Of a DNA stretch of 64,000 nucleotides, positions 41,316 through 52,849 are shown one piece after another. This stretch comes from Podarcis liolepis (Eukaryota). Within the stretch, counting starts at the first letter, position 1, and each line of letters opens with the position of its first letter. The DNA lies in the NCBI GenBank assembly GCA_965112155.1, contig OZ218102.1; one strand, written 5' to 3'. Under the pieces are notes generated by a model that had not been told where the DNA came from, did not search any database, and saw nothing but the letters and a program-made list of their open reading frames with translations. The translations under genes and the position numbers were made by a program.

Positions 41316-44207
41316 TATAAGGGTTTAAGGAGAGTGATTAAAGAAATAGTGCCCCTATTCATCCCTTCCTGCCCCAATATTCACATGTGAATGCATGGCT
41401 AGAACAGATGTCTGGCGCTGAAATATTTCCTCACCGAGGGAGACAATATTCCTTATCCAAAACCAACATCATGTTACCTCATATTAAGAGAAGAAAAAAT
41501 TCAGGGCAACGATTGGATTTTATATGTCTACAGAGACATTCCTAGAGCTAGGGGGTGGCAAGAGAGTTCTTTGTTTCCACTCTCATACACAGGCTCCTTA
41601 TGGTTAAGCAATGCATGCTCTTAATCTGGGCTAAGTATGTTTTTTAAATAAATAAAAACCCAGCATATTTTAATGCTATACAGCATACCAATTTTGATTT
41701 ACATACGTAAATAGCTGATTCTATCTGCATTCAGAAGTTTAGAAAAGGAAGCTGCTTGTATCCCGTACCTCCCTTTTAGTCCCAGAGAGGCTATAAACTG
41801 TTGGGTGACGCAAACCCTCACGCTCTCCCAGTTCAAGCCCAAAAATGTAGACATGGACATAACTGGAGGGGAGACGATATTTATAAGCATCTCAGATGGG
41901 TTTGATACCATCAAACATGGCCTTGGTCCTTTATGTCAAAGTTTATTAGCTAGGAACTGAAAAACAGTAACAGATATATAGGGCAAATAGTCTGTTAAAA
42001 ATAAATAATGACTTAATACCTTGAAATCGGAGGATTACATGACCCTAGCATTTCATAAATTAGGCCACTGAAGGCTTGCTTCACAAAATGGCTGGCCATC
42101 ATAATTCATTGGAAACGAAAAATGATACAGATGTTCATTTTCTATGTTAATTAGTGCATTTTTAAGAAGTATGAAAAATCTAAACCATATCAGCATCTTT
42201 TCATTGTCATTGCCAATACATTTTATTTTGGGTCTATTTTAGCGACCCTCAAGAAGAATTGTATGGATTTGTTCATGTGAGTGGGAGAAAGGAAAACAGG
42301 GGAGAGATCATTTGGTTGGGAATTTCATTCTTCATCTCTTCCTCAAATCTGCCAGTGAGAAAGGAGTGGGATACAGCAAGGGAGGGGAAATGTTAAAATA
42401 TTGTAAACTGCCTTAAACCTACAAGTGACAGCGGGGTTAAAGTGGAACAAACAAACTGGGTTGAAGACGTTCGTATTCTTGAAATACGAAACCTTCCCAT
42501 CACTTATTTTCCTGTAGCTCTTCTCCCCAAGTGCCTTTCTCTAATCTGATCTCAATTTTGGTACTCGAGCCAGAAAAGTGACGTTGTGAGACAGACTGCA
42601 GAAAAGGTCTGCACTCCTCAGCTATATATCCATTTTGCTCATTAAATGAGACCCCTCACACCCATCTCTCATTTTTCAGAGCAGACCTGGTTTTAAAAAC
42701 ATGTATCTGTGGTCTTCATTTGAACCTGAACTCCCTTGCTGTTCTAAAAAGGAGCAAGTCTGACCTGAAAACCTTTATGGAGGTTAGACCTTGTCATGTG
42801 ACTGGCTATAATTATTGGTAGTTGCTTCCGTTCACCAATGCTCATCATGATGCACAAGCTAAATCTATCTGGCTGCATCAGTGGGAGAGGTGAGACTCCA
42901 AGGCCTACTCCATTGGCTTGGGTGGGAACAACTGCAGTGTAGTTTGCCCTTTCTCAGAAATGCCTCCATCAGCAGACAATCCATCTGGTCATCATCATAA
43001 CATTTATGAAGAATATAGTATAATTTATGAAGAACTGGTACTTGAATCTGCTTGCCCTCCTTGTTTCGTTCACTTTTGTTTTTGTTTGGTGGATGGTAGT
43101 CCACCATTTCATAATTTTTGCACAGCGCCAAGAAAATATTAATAAACTGCCCAATCAATCAATAGTTCTCATCCCCCAGGTTCAGGGCTCACAATTAAAA
43201 AATGGAGCTGTACAAAGTACTGCTACTAACTATGAAAAAAATAAAAACAAAGAGAGAAGTAAATTGTAATGGTCACGTGCAGAGTACTGAGGTGAACTGA
43301 TGAAGTGCCACAAGAAGCAGTTGAGCTTCTCATTTTTGTCCAAGCCAACTGTAGACTCATCCACACTTCCGCTTGTTCCATGTCCAGAGAGCACAGGTCC
43401 AAGAGATTTTCTCCTTGCCCTGCTCCTTTCCCAGGGAAAACCTGCTCTTTAGCTTTAAATTGGGGCAAACATAAATCCATAGAAAACCCAATTGATGTTT
43501 GAGCTGATTGAGCGATAGGGTTTCCCTGGGGTGGGTGGGAAATATACTTAAATAATGACTATATAATATTCCTTTACATGGATTCATCTGCAAAAGATTG
43601 TTTCAAAGGTGGGTGCTCAGAGAGATCCTCCATCACATGTTCAAAAAATGTGTGAGTGGATGACAGGGATGCCCAACCTAGCTTGGTACTTCCTAGCTGT
43701 GGCAGCCACAAACACACATCTATGTGTTTTGCTTGTTCTGCTTTATGCATGTACTGACACATGCATGTGAGGGGAGCGCTGTGATCTGTGAGGGATGTCA
43801 TCTAAACTCGCCAATATGATGGCTTCTGATCTATAGTAGATGGCATACAAAGCCCACACCAGCACAGTAAAATGCTTTATGTGTGCAATTGTGCTGCTGT
43901 AAGCTCAGAGCTTTGGATCACTCACTGGCACAACAATTTTATGCCTCTAGAAATCTTAATACAATTCTTTGAAACGGTTGCACATACAGTCCTTTGTAGC
44001 AGACTCCCATTCATTAGAACGTGTAATGGAGTAAAGACTAGCATTTGATGAAAAGTAGAATAAGACACAAGTGTGATTTAGGAGAGCTAAAATAATTAGC
44101 AGGAAAAGACTTGTAGGGTTGCAGTGAAGTAAATGAGTTTTCATGTCACGTTTCTTATGCAATTTCTTCTACAGTGTTTAAATTGAAAATATAAAGAATG
44201 AACTTAC

Positions 44208-44234
44208 CCAAGTTCTTTGATCAGGCAATTGGAA
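44208..44234 (-). CDS. MECOM: MECOM 27-nt alternative microexon FQLPDQRTW (Rp9)
   Basis: ttttgctcccag|TTC CAA TTG CCT GAT CAA AGA ACT TGG|gtaagt. Encodes the 9-aa insertion known from EVI1 isoforms; phase 0-0. Confidence 0.96.
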
Positions 44235-45837
44235 CTGGGAGCAAAATTGAAACAAAAACAACACATTATTCCTGCTTTTGGATCCCTTATTGCAATTAAT
44301 GTATAGTTCATGCTACAATAAATTGGTTTGTCTTTAAGTTGCTAAAACTCTTTGTTGTTTTTGCTATGAGTGACTAACATGGATTACCCTTCTGGAAGTG
44401 GATTATTTGTATCTGAAGTGACATTGGGCCAGTACACAACAGTGTTGAAATTCCACTTAAGGTAGGGAGGTAGGAGAGTATTTTCCCAAAGCTGGCTTGC
44501 CGTTTCTTAACCAGAGTTAAAAGGGAGCCAGTGCTGTGTCTCAACTTGTCCATCATATCCAAAATGCAGTGCGGCCATTGTAATTATTACGTTCCAAAAT
44601 GATTGTTTTCAAAAAATAAATCAAGATGTGTTTATTTTAAGTGGATTTTTCTTTTAAACAGGGTCTGTGTGGTTTGGTCCTAATAGCTTCCCATAGTTTT
44701 TATGGGAATTTACAGGTATGTTTGTCAACCACTAAAGTTAATCTTTGTATGATTATTAAAACAGTAGCACAAAATAAGTTATCACACAACACTGAGTTAA
44801 ATTCTGCCTTTGGAACTAAAGCAGCGTATCTCTCAGTATGTTCTAATCCTATTTTACCAACCAGCAAAATTGTGGTAGGTCCCTGACCACACACATACCA
44901 GTTTTGTGTCAAAACTCTTTTTCATTTGCGTGCCATTTGCAGACACTATCTCTAAATTTCACTTTAGACTAAAACATATTCACATACAGATTTATTTATT
45001 TTTACCTTTCTGCTCATTTACCTTATTCACAAGTGCAATGCATAACAAGTGCTTAAGGTTAAGAGATGCAATAGTGAAGCATGGAGCAGCAGCAAGCTCA
45101 GGGGAGCTGCTTCCAAACATGGATGGCAGCCCACCAAGAGCTCAATGAACCTCACAGGGTTTTTTTGTTGCCTGCTGCCATGTCGTGGTTTATCGTAAAT
45201 AGTGAAGACCTACTTCACAGGATGTGGGCTGCAGAAGAAGTGAAGCAAAAGTAGGTCCTGAACATTTACAAGACAAGAGAACCAGGACAGGAAAAGACAC
45301 ACCAAGGAAGACTAGCAGAAACTCAGGACGGGTACCAGACTCAGGCTCATTATTCACATGATTGGTGTCACTTGAACTATGCTAAATCATAAGAGGCAGC
45401 TGGTTTACTGGCACATGGTAAGTAAGCCATTTGTATGGAGATGCTCACCACACGGCTGGGAGGATTTTCTGCAATCCTCACAAACCTTAGTTTTAGACAC
45501 TTGTGGTGATGTAGGTAAAGCTGCGGCAATTGCACAGTGAGTTGATCAAGTGATAACAGCCAAAAATGGGAGTATTTCCAAGTGGTGGCAGTATTATCTA
45601 AAGACCAACCACCAGAGGAGCTAGAGTAAGGAAAAGCAAAGATCCAAGGAAAAACAGGCCGGCTAAGGGAGATCTCTCAATCTGACAGCTGATCAACATT
45701 CACTCAACCAAAGCTTTCTTTGCATCTCCAAGAAAAGTAATTTCATCTGTGCATGCTGCCGATACATGGGTAAGACTGTGAGTGCTTCAGGTGTACTATG
45801 CATAGCCTCATATGCATGCAGCCTAGATCAGCATGAT

Positions 45838-46160
45838 CAGAGGCGTAGCATGGGAGGGGGGTCCCTGGGGGCCGGTGGCCCCGGATGCAATTTTGTGAGG
45901 GGGCTCAAACAGGCTCCTCCACAGCAGGCTCCTTTATTGGAGCCTGGCTCCACGCAAGAAGGAGCTGTGCCTTGGCTGCGGCGCTTGTGCCTGGCACAGG
46001 CTGACCCAGAGGAGGTAAGCAGGAGGAGAGTGGGTGGCAGCTTCCCTGCGCCTCTCCTGCTCTGAACTGCAGTGTGTCAAGGATGCCTGCCGCACCCCCC
46101 CCCCCCAGGGGCACATCCCACACACCGGCCCAGGCAGCGCAGGCATACGCTCCACCTCTG
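45838..46160. mobile_element. GC-rich hAT MITE
   Basis: TIR CAGAGGCGTAGC / GCTCCACCTCTG. TSD AGCATGAT/GGCATGAT. Confidence 0.8.
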
Positions 46161-46492
46161 GGCATGATTCTTCACACAAAAAAGAGGACAATTCAAACCT
46201 ACAAATGTACATGTCCACTTATGAGCCCATACCTTCTGTTACCTCATACTTTATTTTCTATGCCCTGGGCACTCCACAAGGAAGATTCCATGAGGCTCAG
46301 TCACATCCCCAGGAGGCAGACCTGTTGACCAGCCTTCCATTAACCTCTTACTACATCCTTTTGCAGGGGCTACTAGGAGGCTCTAAGTCACTGCAGCCAA
46401 AACAAGTGTACAGTGTACAGTTGAAATCTCTCATTTCAACTATAGCCGTACAAGTTTGGGAGTGAGTTCTGACATAGGGTTTATCAATATTT

Positions 46493-46652
46493 GTAGCTCG
46501 GTGGTAGAGCAGTTGGACTTCTATACAGAAGGTCTGGAGTTCCATTTCTACAATCTCCAGGTAGGGCCAGGGGAGCTGCTGCCAATCAGTGTAAATAATA
46601 CTGAGCTAGATGGACCACTTGTTTGACTCAATACAAGGCTGCTTCCTATGTT
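46493..46652 (+). mobile_element. tRNA-derived SINE with CR1-like tail
   Basis: gtagctcggtggtagagca A-box head; tail gagctagatggacca...gactcaatacaaggctgcttcctatgtt. Confidence 0.7.
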
Positions 46653-46664
46653 TCTCTGTTAATT

Positions 46665-46808
46665 GTTGTTGTTGTTTAGTCATTCAGTCGTGTCCGACTC
46701 TTTGTGACCCCATGGACCAGAGCATGCCAGGCACTCCTGTCTTCCACTGTCTCCCGCAGTTTGGTCAGACTCATGTTGGTAGCTTCGAGAACACCGTCCA
46801 ACCATCTA
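46665..46808 (-). mobile_element. RTE-BovB LINE 3' end, 5'-truncated
   Basis: Minus strand encodes RWLDGVLEATNMSLTKLRETVEDRSAWHALVHGVTKSRTRLND* plus a (CAA)n tail. TSD TGTTAATT (46657-46664, 46809-46816). Confidence 0.88.
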
Positions 46809-46979
46809 TGTTAATTACTCTATTTTATTTCTGTTCTTCCTTTTGATCCAGAAGGCTACCCAAGGTGGCTCACATAAAATAATAAAACACAGTTCTTTTG
46901 GGTCTGTTTCCAACCCACTCTGGCATGTAGCACTCCCCTGGGGTGGCATGTACCACAACCCACACATCTCATCATCAGC

Positions 46980-47190
46980 ATTTTATTAGTAATACTACAT
47001 TTAAAATCTGCCTTCCCTCCACAAAGCCCAGAACAGCGTAAGTGGTTTTCCCCATTTTATTCTCACAGCAACCCTATGAATTTGGCTAGGCTGAGAGTAA
47101 CTGGGTCACAGTCATCCAGTGATCTTCATGGCTGAGTGGGGACTTGAATATGCATCTCCCCACTTTAACAACTATGTCATTCTGGCTCTC
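46980..47190 (-). mobile_element. MIR/Squam3-like SINE, old
   Basis: ccccattttattctcacagcaaccctatga...ggctgagag...cacagtcatccagtga.cttcatggctgagtggggacttgaa. Confidence 0.65.
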
Positions 47191-47909
47191 GGGTTATTGT
47201 AGCTGATAAATACCTAACACAGTGTTAGCCACCACACAAAAATACTTCTAAAGGGGCAACAGGTTTGTGTACATTTCCCACAAGCAAAACAGAGCAATGG
47301 TTTGTGAAGTGGGGGAGTGACTGGCATTGTTATATAGGGGTGTGAGAGAAGGGTAGAGACAGTTCACTTCATCCACCTTCCACTAAGTCACCTCCGAACT
47401 TTGGTTGCTGAACACAGCTACTGCTTTGAACTCAGTGTCTGTGATCACTGCTGACGTCATGACATGCTAATCCTAGGAAAATAACACTCTCAGCTGCAAT
47501 CACGTACCCACTTATCTGGGAATAGAGAATCCCAGAATTGTAGGGCCATCTAGCCCAACCCCCTGGATTGCAGGAAGCTCAACTCAACTAAAGCATACAT
47601 GACAGATGGTCTGGGTAGACATTCACTGTCAGTTACCTAATTTATATGGAAATCCCCATAGTTTTCATTTTAAAAAGTAAATAGTTTTCCTTTCATTCTA
47701 AAAAGTATATCTGTTTCAAACAAGCAGCTTTGTGTGAAGATTTTACCCCTTCAGAACTTAATGTTAGAAGCGGCTCTCAGAATATGAAGTTTGGCAGAAA
47801 TAAAAGATGTGATGAAGTTTACATAATCTTCCTGGGTACAGACAAAGGGACTGTCTCTTAGTCATATGACAAAACGTAGTGTGATTGTTAGAGAAAAGGT
47901 GTTTCATGG

Positions 47910-48032
47910 CAGCCTTTCCTCAGGTCCTACTTGCAGCTTTCCCTCAGGCATCTGGCTGGCCCATCTGTGAGACCAGGAGGCTGGGCTACATGGGCTGCAG
48001 GCCTGATCCAGCAGGCTCTTCTTATGTCCCTT
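47910..48032 (+). mobile_element. CR1 LINE 3' tail
   Basis: ggcatctggctggccc.ctgtgagaccaggaggctgggctacatggg...ggcctgatccagcaggctcttcttatgt. Confidence 0.7.
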
Positions 48033-48289
48033 CTTATAATTGCTCCCTGCCAACTTCCCTCCACCCCCCCATGGTTCCTGTTCTTTTCCTCCCCCCCCCT
48101 TTCCAGTATGTATTTATTACACAACCTTTAAAGTAGCTCAAAGCCACATGTTTGCTTCATATGGAGTAGCTGAAGCCCACGGCCAGCTTTTGCAGAAAAC
48201 AATCAGTATAAAACAATAGATATATATATATATAAATATATAGCAGTCCAATCTGGTCGCCGTGTATGTAGCAACTAATCAAAAGATGC

Positions 48290-49700
48290 CTCTTGGAGCA
48301 AACACCTTTCATGACATACTTAAAACATAATGCAGTTTATGCAAGCCTAATTTCCCAGGTAGGCAAAGACCTCTCTACTGTTGAATACAAGACAGAATAC
48401 CAGTGGCTGTGGTGCCACCACAAGATTCCCATGTGCTGATTTCAATGAGTTGGGCAGTCTATATGGGAGAAGGCACTCTTTCGGATACAGCGAAACCTCA
48501 AACCAGGCTCAGTAGCAAATTGACAGCCAATGCACGTGCCTCTGCTATGTTCACAATATGCAACTCCACTGAGCAGCCATGCTACCGCATTCTGTACTGG
48601 CTGCAGCTTCTGATCCAGCCTTGGGATGAGCCCTGCAAAGGCTACACTGCAGTAATCCGTTGCTGAGATTACCCAGTGCATGGGTCACTATGGCTAAACT
48701 ATCCCTGTCCAGGAACCATCGTAGCTACTGCACCAGCCAAACCTGGTAAAAGGCACTCCTAGTCCTAGCCACTATGGTCACTTGGGTCTCTAGTAGCAAC
48801 GATGGAACCATTTCGGAGGGAGTGCACCCCCTCCAGAACAGGTGAATTATTTCCTTGACCCAAGAACTGCTTACTTACAGAGCCGTCATCTCACTGGCCC
48901 TCATCCATCCCACAACTACATCCAGGCACTGAGTTGGGTCCTGAAAATCAGTACTATCCAAGAGTTCCTACAGCTGGGTTACTGTGGATCTCTCTAGTTC
49001 CTCAAAATGGGGATATTGCTGACTAGGCAGTAGTTGTCATACACCAACAGGTCCAGGGTGGGTTTCTTGAGGAATGGTGGCACAACCAGCTCACCACCAC
49101 ACCCTGAACCCACCTGGTCATAGCCACTTCCTGCCTAGTCCTTATCAGTCAAGAGCAGCAGGGATCAAGAAAGCACATGATTGGTAGCACTGCTGCAGGC
49201 ACCTGTTCATGTCTTCAATGCCTCACTAACTGCAACAGACCCCACAGAGTAAGATCAGCTGATGCACTGGACATCTCAGTGGGATCTGCAACAAAATTAT
49301 AGTCCAAATTGCTGCAGATGCAACCAATTTTATTCTCAAAGTTCACTGGAGAAGGTTTTGACATTCCCTGGACCATCATGAACAGCTCTGTAGCCCACTT
49401 GCTTGTGGATGCATGCAGTGGAGGCAGCAAAGTAAGCTATTCTCTGCCATGCAACAGGCATGATTATGTGTTCTAGCAAGTGTTTGGTTGGCCTCACAGT
49501 TGTCCAGTCTACTTTATTACTTGCAGCTCCCTGGAGTCCCTGGGAGCAATGCAAGCTCCAGAGTGCTGAAGAGGGCACTTAGCAATCATGTTTATGGCAT
49601 GTCACATCTCACTGTTCTGCATTCAGATCACCCTTCTCACATTTTGGGGCAGAGATCAGAGTAAGAGTACATCCCACTCTATGCATTGGATTTACAGCAT
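48290..49700 (-). mobile_element. L2-type LINE, long degenerate fragment (bounds approximate)
   Basis: DYCSVAFAGL...KLQPVQNAVAWLLSGVAYCEH matches the L2 ORF2 motif DYCN.L.AGLP...KLQLVQNAAARLL.G. Confidence 0.75.
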
Positions 49701-50619
49701 GCCAGCCTAAACACCAAAACACACATTGTATTTGCCACTGAGAAGATGTTGAAAACATTCACCCTGTAATGACTGATTCCCTGTTGTATCATTTTGATTG
49801 GGTCCATCACATTGCACATCATCCATTCTTTCCATCATACGTGAAGGCATAAGAACCATTTCTTGTGAGTTCCCCCATGTGAACAGTTCAAAAGCTATGT
49901 CAAAGAGCAATCACTTTATATAGAAGGCAGTTTTTTGCTAGCATCCTCATGACAAAACATAAATTGTAACTAAGTTCTCATACTCTAGCTACTGCTTTTT
50001 GCTGGCTCTCAAAAAACAATTAGAACAGTTATAGAATGCTTAACTCACCATCCATTGGTGATAAGAGGAGTAACAAAGAAAGATGGGTTTGACTCCATAT
50101 TGTCTCAATTTATATCATTTATTAACAATAGTACAGTAATCTCCCTTTTGTCTCAGTCACAGCAGCCACTATGGAGAAAATATCTCAAGGCTCTTGACTG
50201 AGGTATACCCTGTGGATGTGAGCTTAATCTGTAATGTAAAAGATTTTCCAAGTCTGTTTTGATGCCATGAGGATGACTGCATATGAGACTTAACATTTGT
50301 GCATGCATTAGTCCTGGAAGGAAACACTTTATGCTTGGCAATTGTTTTTTAATTCAAAATACCAATTGTGATACTAGGGTTGAGCCTGGAGCCTCACGCA
50401 CACGCCAAGCCCCATTCTGTGCTTAATAAGCATGGGACCCCTTTGCCCAGCAGCGCTATGGCCCATAGATTGCAGCAAAATACTGGGCAAGGTAAAAGCT
50501 GTCCCATGAGCCCTTGCTGAAGAGGGGAGGGGAAAGCCTATATAAGGCTGCTTCCCCTGGAGCTCACAGCCATTTTGCTTTGAGAGCTTCCTGCCCATGG
50601 TGGCACCCTTGGGTCAGAA

Positions 50620-50771
50620 CAGTGCTTTTTTCTGGAGGGATGCAGGGGTACACATACCCCTAAACATTTTGTGAATCTAAGTTTGGCCTCATTGAGGGGC
50701 AGTATTTCAATATGAGTAGGATAACGAGAGTATCCCTAAAAAAAATTTTAGAAGAAAAAAAAAAAGCACTG
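50620..50771. mobile_element. Probable MITE
   Basis: TIR CAGTGCTTTTTT / AAAAAAGCACTG. No clear TSD. Confidence 0.5.
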
Positions 50772-50834
50772 GCTTACAGCCTTCACTGACCAATTGAGCA
50801 ACTTTGGGTTGCTGGTTGACAGAGCCGGAAAGGA

Positions 50835-50836
50835 TT

Positions 50837-50892
<56 letters not shown>

Positions 50893-50893
50893 T
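50835..50893. repeat. (TTTC)n microsatellite
   Basis: Seen directly. Confidence 0.95.
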
Positions 50894-50971
50894 ATCTCTC
50901 TCTCTCTCCCCCCCCCCCAATTGGCACTTGGTTGGGGTTTTTTCTGCCTTTCCCTCAGTGAAATTATGGCT

Positions 50972-50972
<1 letters not shown>

Positions 50973-51003
<31 letters not shown>

Positions 51004-51075
51004 TTATTATTTATACCCCACCCATCTGGCTGAGTTTCCCCACCCACTCTGGGTGACTTCCAATCGAGTGTTAAA
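50973..51075 (-). repeat. (CAT)n microsatellite plus L2-type 3' tail
   Basis: (CAT)10 followed by ttataccccacccatctggctgagtttcccc, shared with ~880-930. Confidence 0.75.
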
Positions 51076-52663
51076 AACATTACAGCATTAAATATTAAAA
51101 ACTTCCCAACTTTCTTGGTTAGACGGAAGAACATTTTTTGTATGAAGGCGGAAATGGCATTGGTCAGGATCAACATAGTGTAGGGGGGCCCCCATAAGGG
51201 GCCTGAGGGGAGGATGAACCATGGCAAACCCCATCGTGGGTTCTGTATCTGCCCAGTTGGAATCTGCACTCTGGTCCCTAGTGAGACCTTGCTTGCTTGG
51301 CTTGCACCACGGCAAGGTTCAGCACAGGGCGACTCCTGTTGTGCAGGTTTGGAGCGATCCAGACCCAGCAGATCCACCCCATCAACATGGGGCTTGTGGA
51401 ATGATGAACTGATCCAGGGACCCAATGCCATACCAACCCTTGCCCTGTCTGCTGCTGTCAATAAAGATTTGGCCTGATTTTATCCCGTCACTGTTGTACA
51501 GTCTGGCTATTTTACTGCTCTCATGGGTCACATAGTGCACCTGCCTGGGCAATGTACTGCATCCCTATAATTTTGTCCCGAAGTGTCCTAAGCCAGGTTT
51601 CAGTTAGTATAAACTATGCATTCTTTATCCACTTATTGGTAGATTCTTATGAAATAAATCTTCCCTGAATGCCAGCCTACACTAATTTGGACTACCACAA
51701 ATACAGTTGCTGACAAGTTCTCATAACCTTATCCTCTGAGCTTGGCCATGCCTGCTAAGCTGCGCGTAATCATTTTCAACAGTAAAACAGTGGCTTTCTA
51801 CAGTACTGTGGAGCATTCTGTTAACAAGGAGGTTAACAATCATATCGGTGTTTGCCTATAGTGTTATAAATGAAACATAGCATTAGAAATTAGAATTCCA
51901 AGATCCTAGACCTTTGTTTAGGCTACTAAACTAGCATAACCAGAAGAAGCCACCTTGACCTGACAAAACAAAAATGGTGAAGTCTATGCAAGCAGTGCTC
52001 AATTTTATCTCATGCATCAAGAAGTTACAGGTGGCAAAGGTTATGTATTAAGGTGGACCCACAAATTCCTGTGGCTTAGAAACAAAATAGACCCTAAACC
52101 TGTGACTGAGCCTGTCTGTCATGCACTTGGGTTGGACATTTTTGCCCCCTGGCAGGTATGACATAAGCAAATACCAGAAGTTGCTCCCTGTTGACATATC
52201 TTGAAAAATTGAGAAGTAGACATATGGTGGATCAGTCATATTATCATTTCACCAGGTGCTTTTGTTTGGCATAACTGCATAAGAACTTAGTTTAACAAGC
52301 ACAGTGTCTTGAAAACAGAGGCTAGAAATTCAGGGAGGTGCTTTGGGTGTGCCCGGCATTTTGCTCATGCCAGTCTGCATAGTGCGACTTCTGGGCATTT
52401 TTTCTTAGAGGCATTCATGCAGATGAAAGACTACTTCCACTACACCCTAAGGGGCTTCTCTTGTGGCATCTGAGACACACAACCCCAGAATTCCACTGGG
52501 CATGTGGAGACAGTTGCACTATTCTCTTGAAGTCTTCCTGAAAAACATTGTGAAAAGTAAAACAATGCTACGTGGTTTGTTTCTCCCTGCTCACTAAAAC
52601 TTGTATGTTCTAGGAAATCCGATAATGACTAAGATTCCCGTTGTTCCTGTGCACCTGCGTCTA

Positions 52664-52849
<186 letters not shown>

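Noticed and set aside
51000-51477. 153-aa minus ORF and a plus-strand RQGSAQGDS resembling an RT motif
   Set aside because: No further RT motifs or splice signals recognisable; cannot be assigned beyond a probable decayed repeat.
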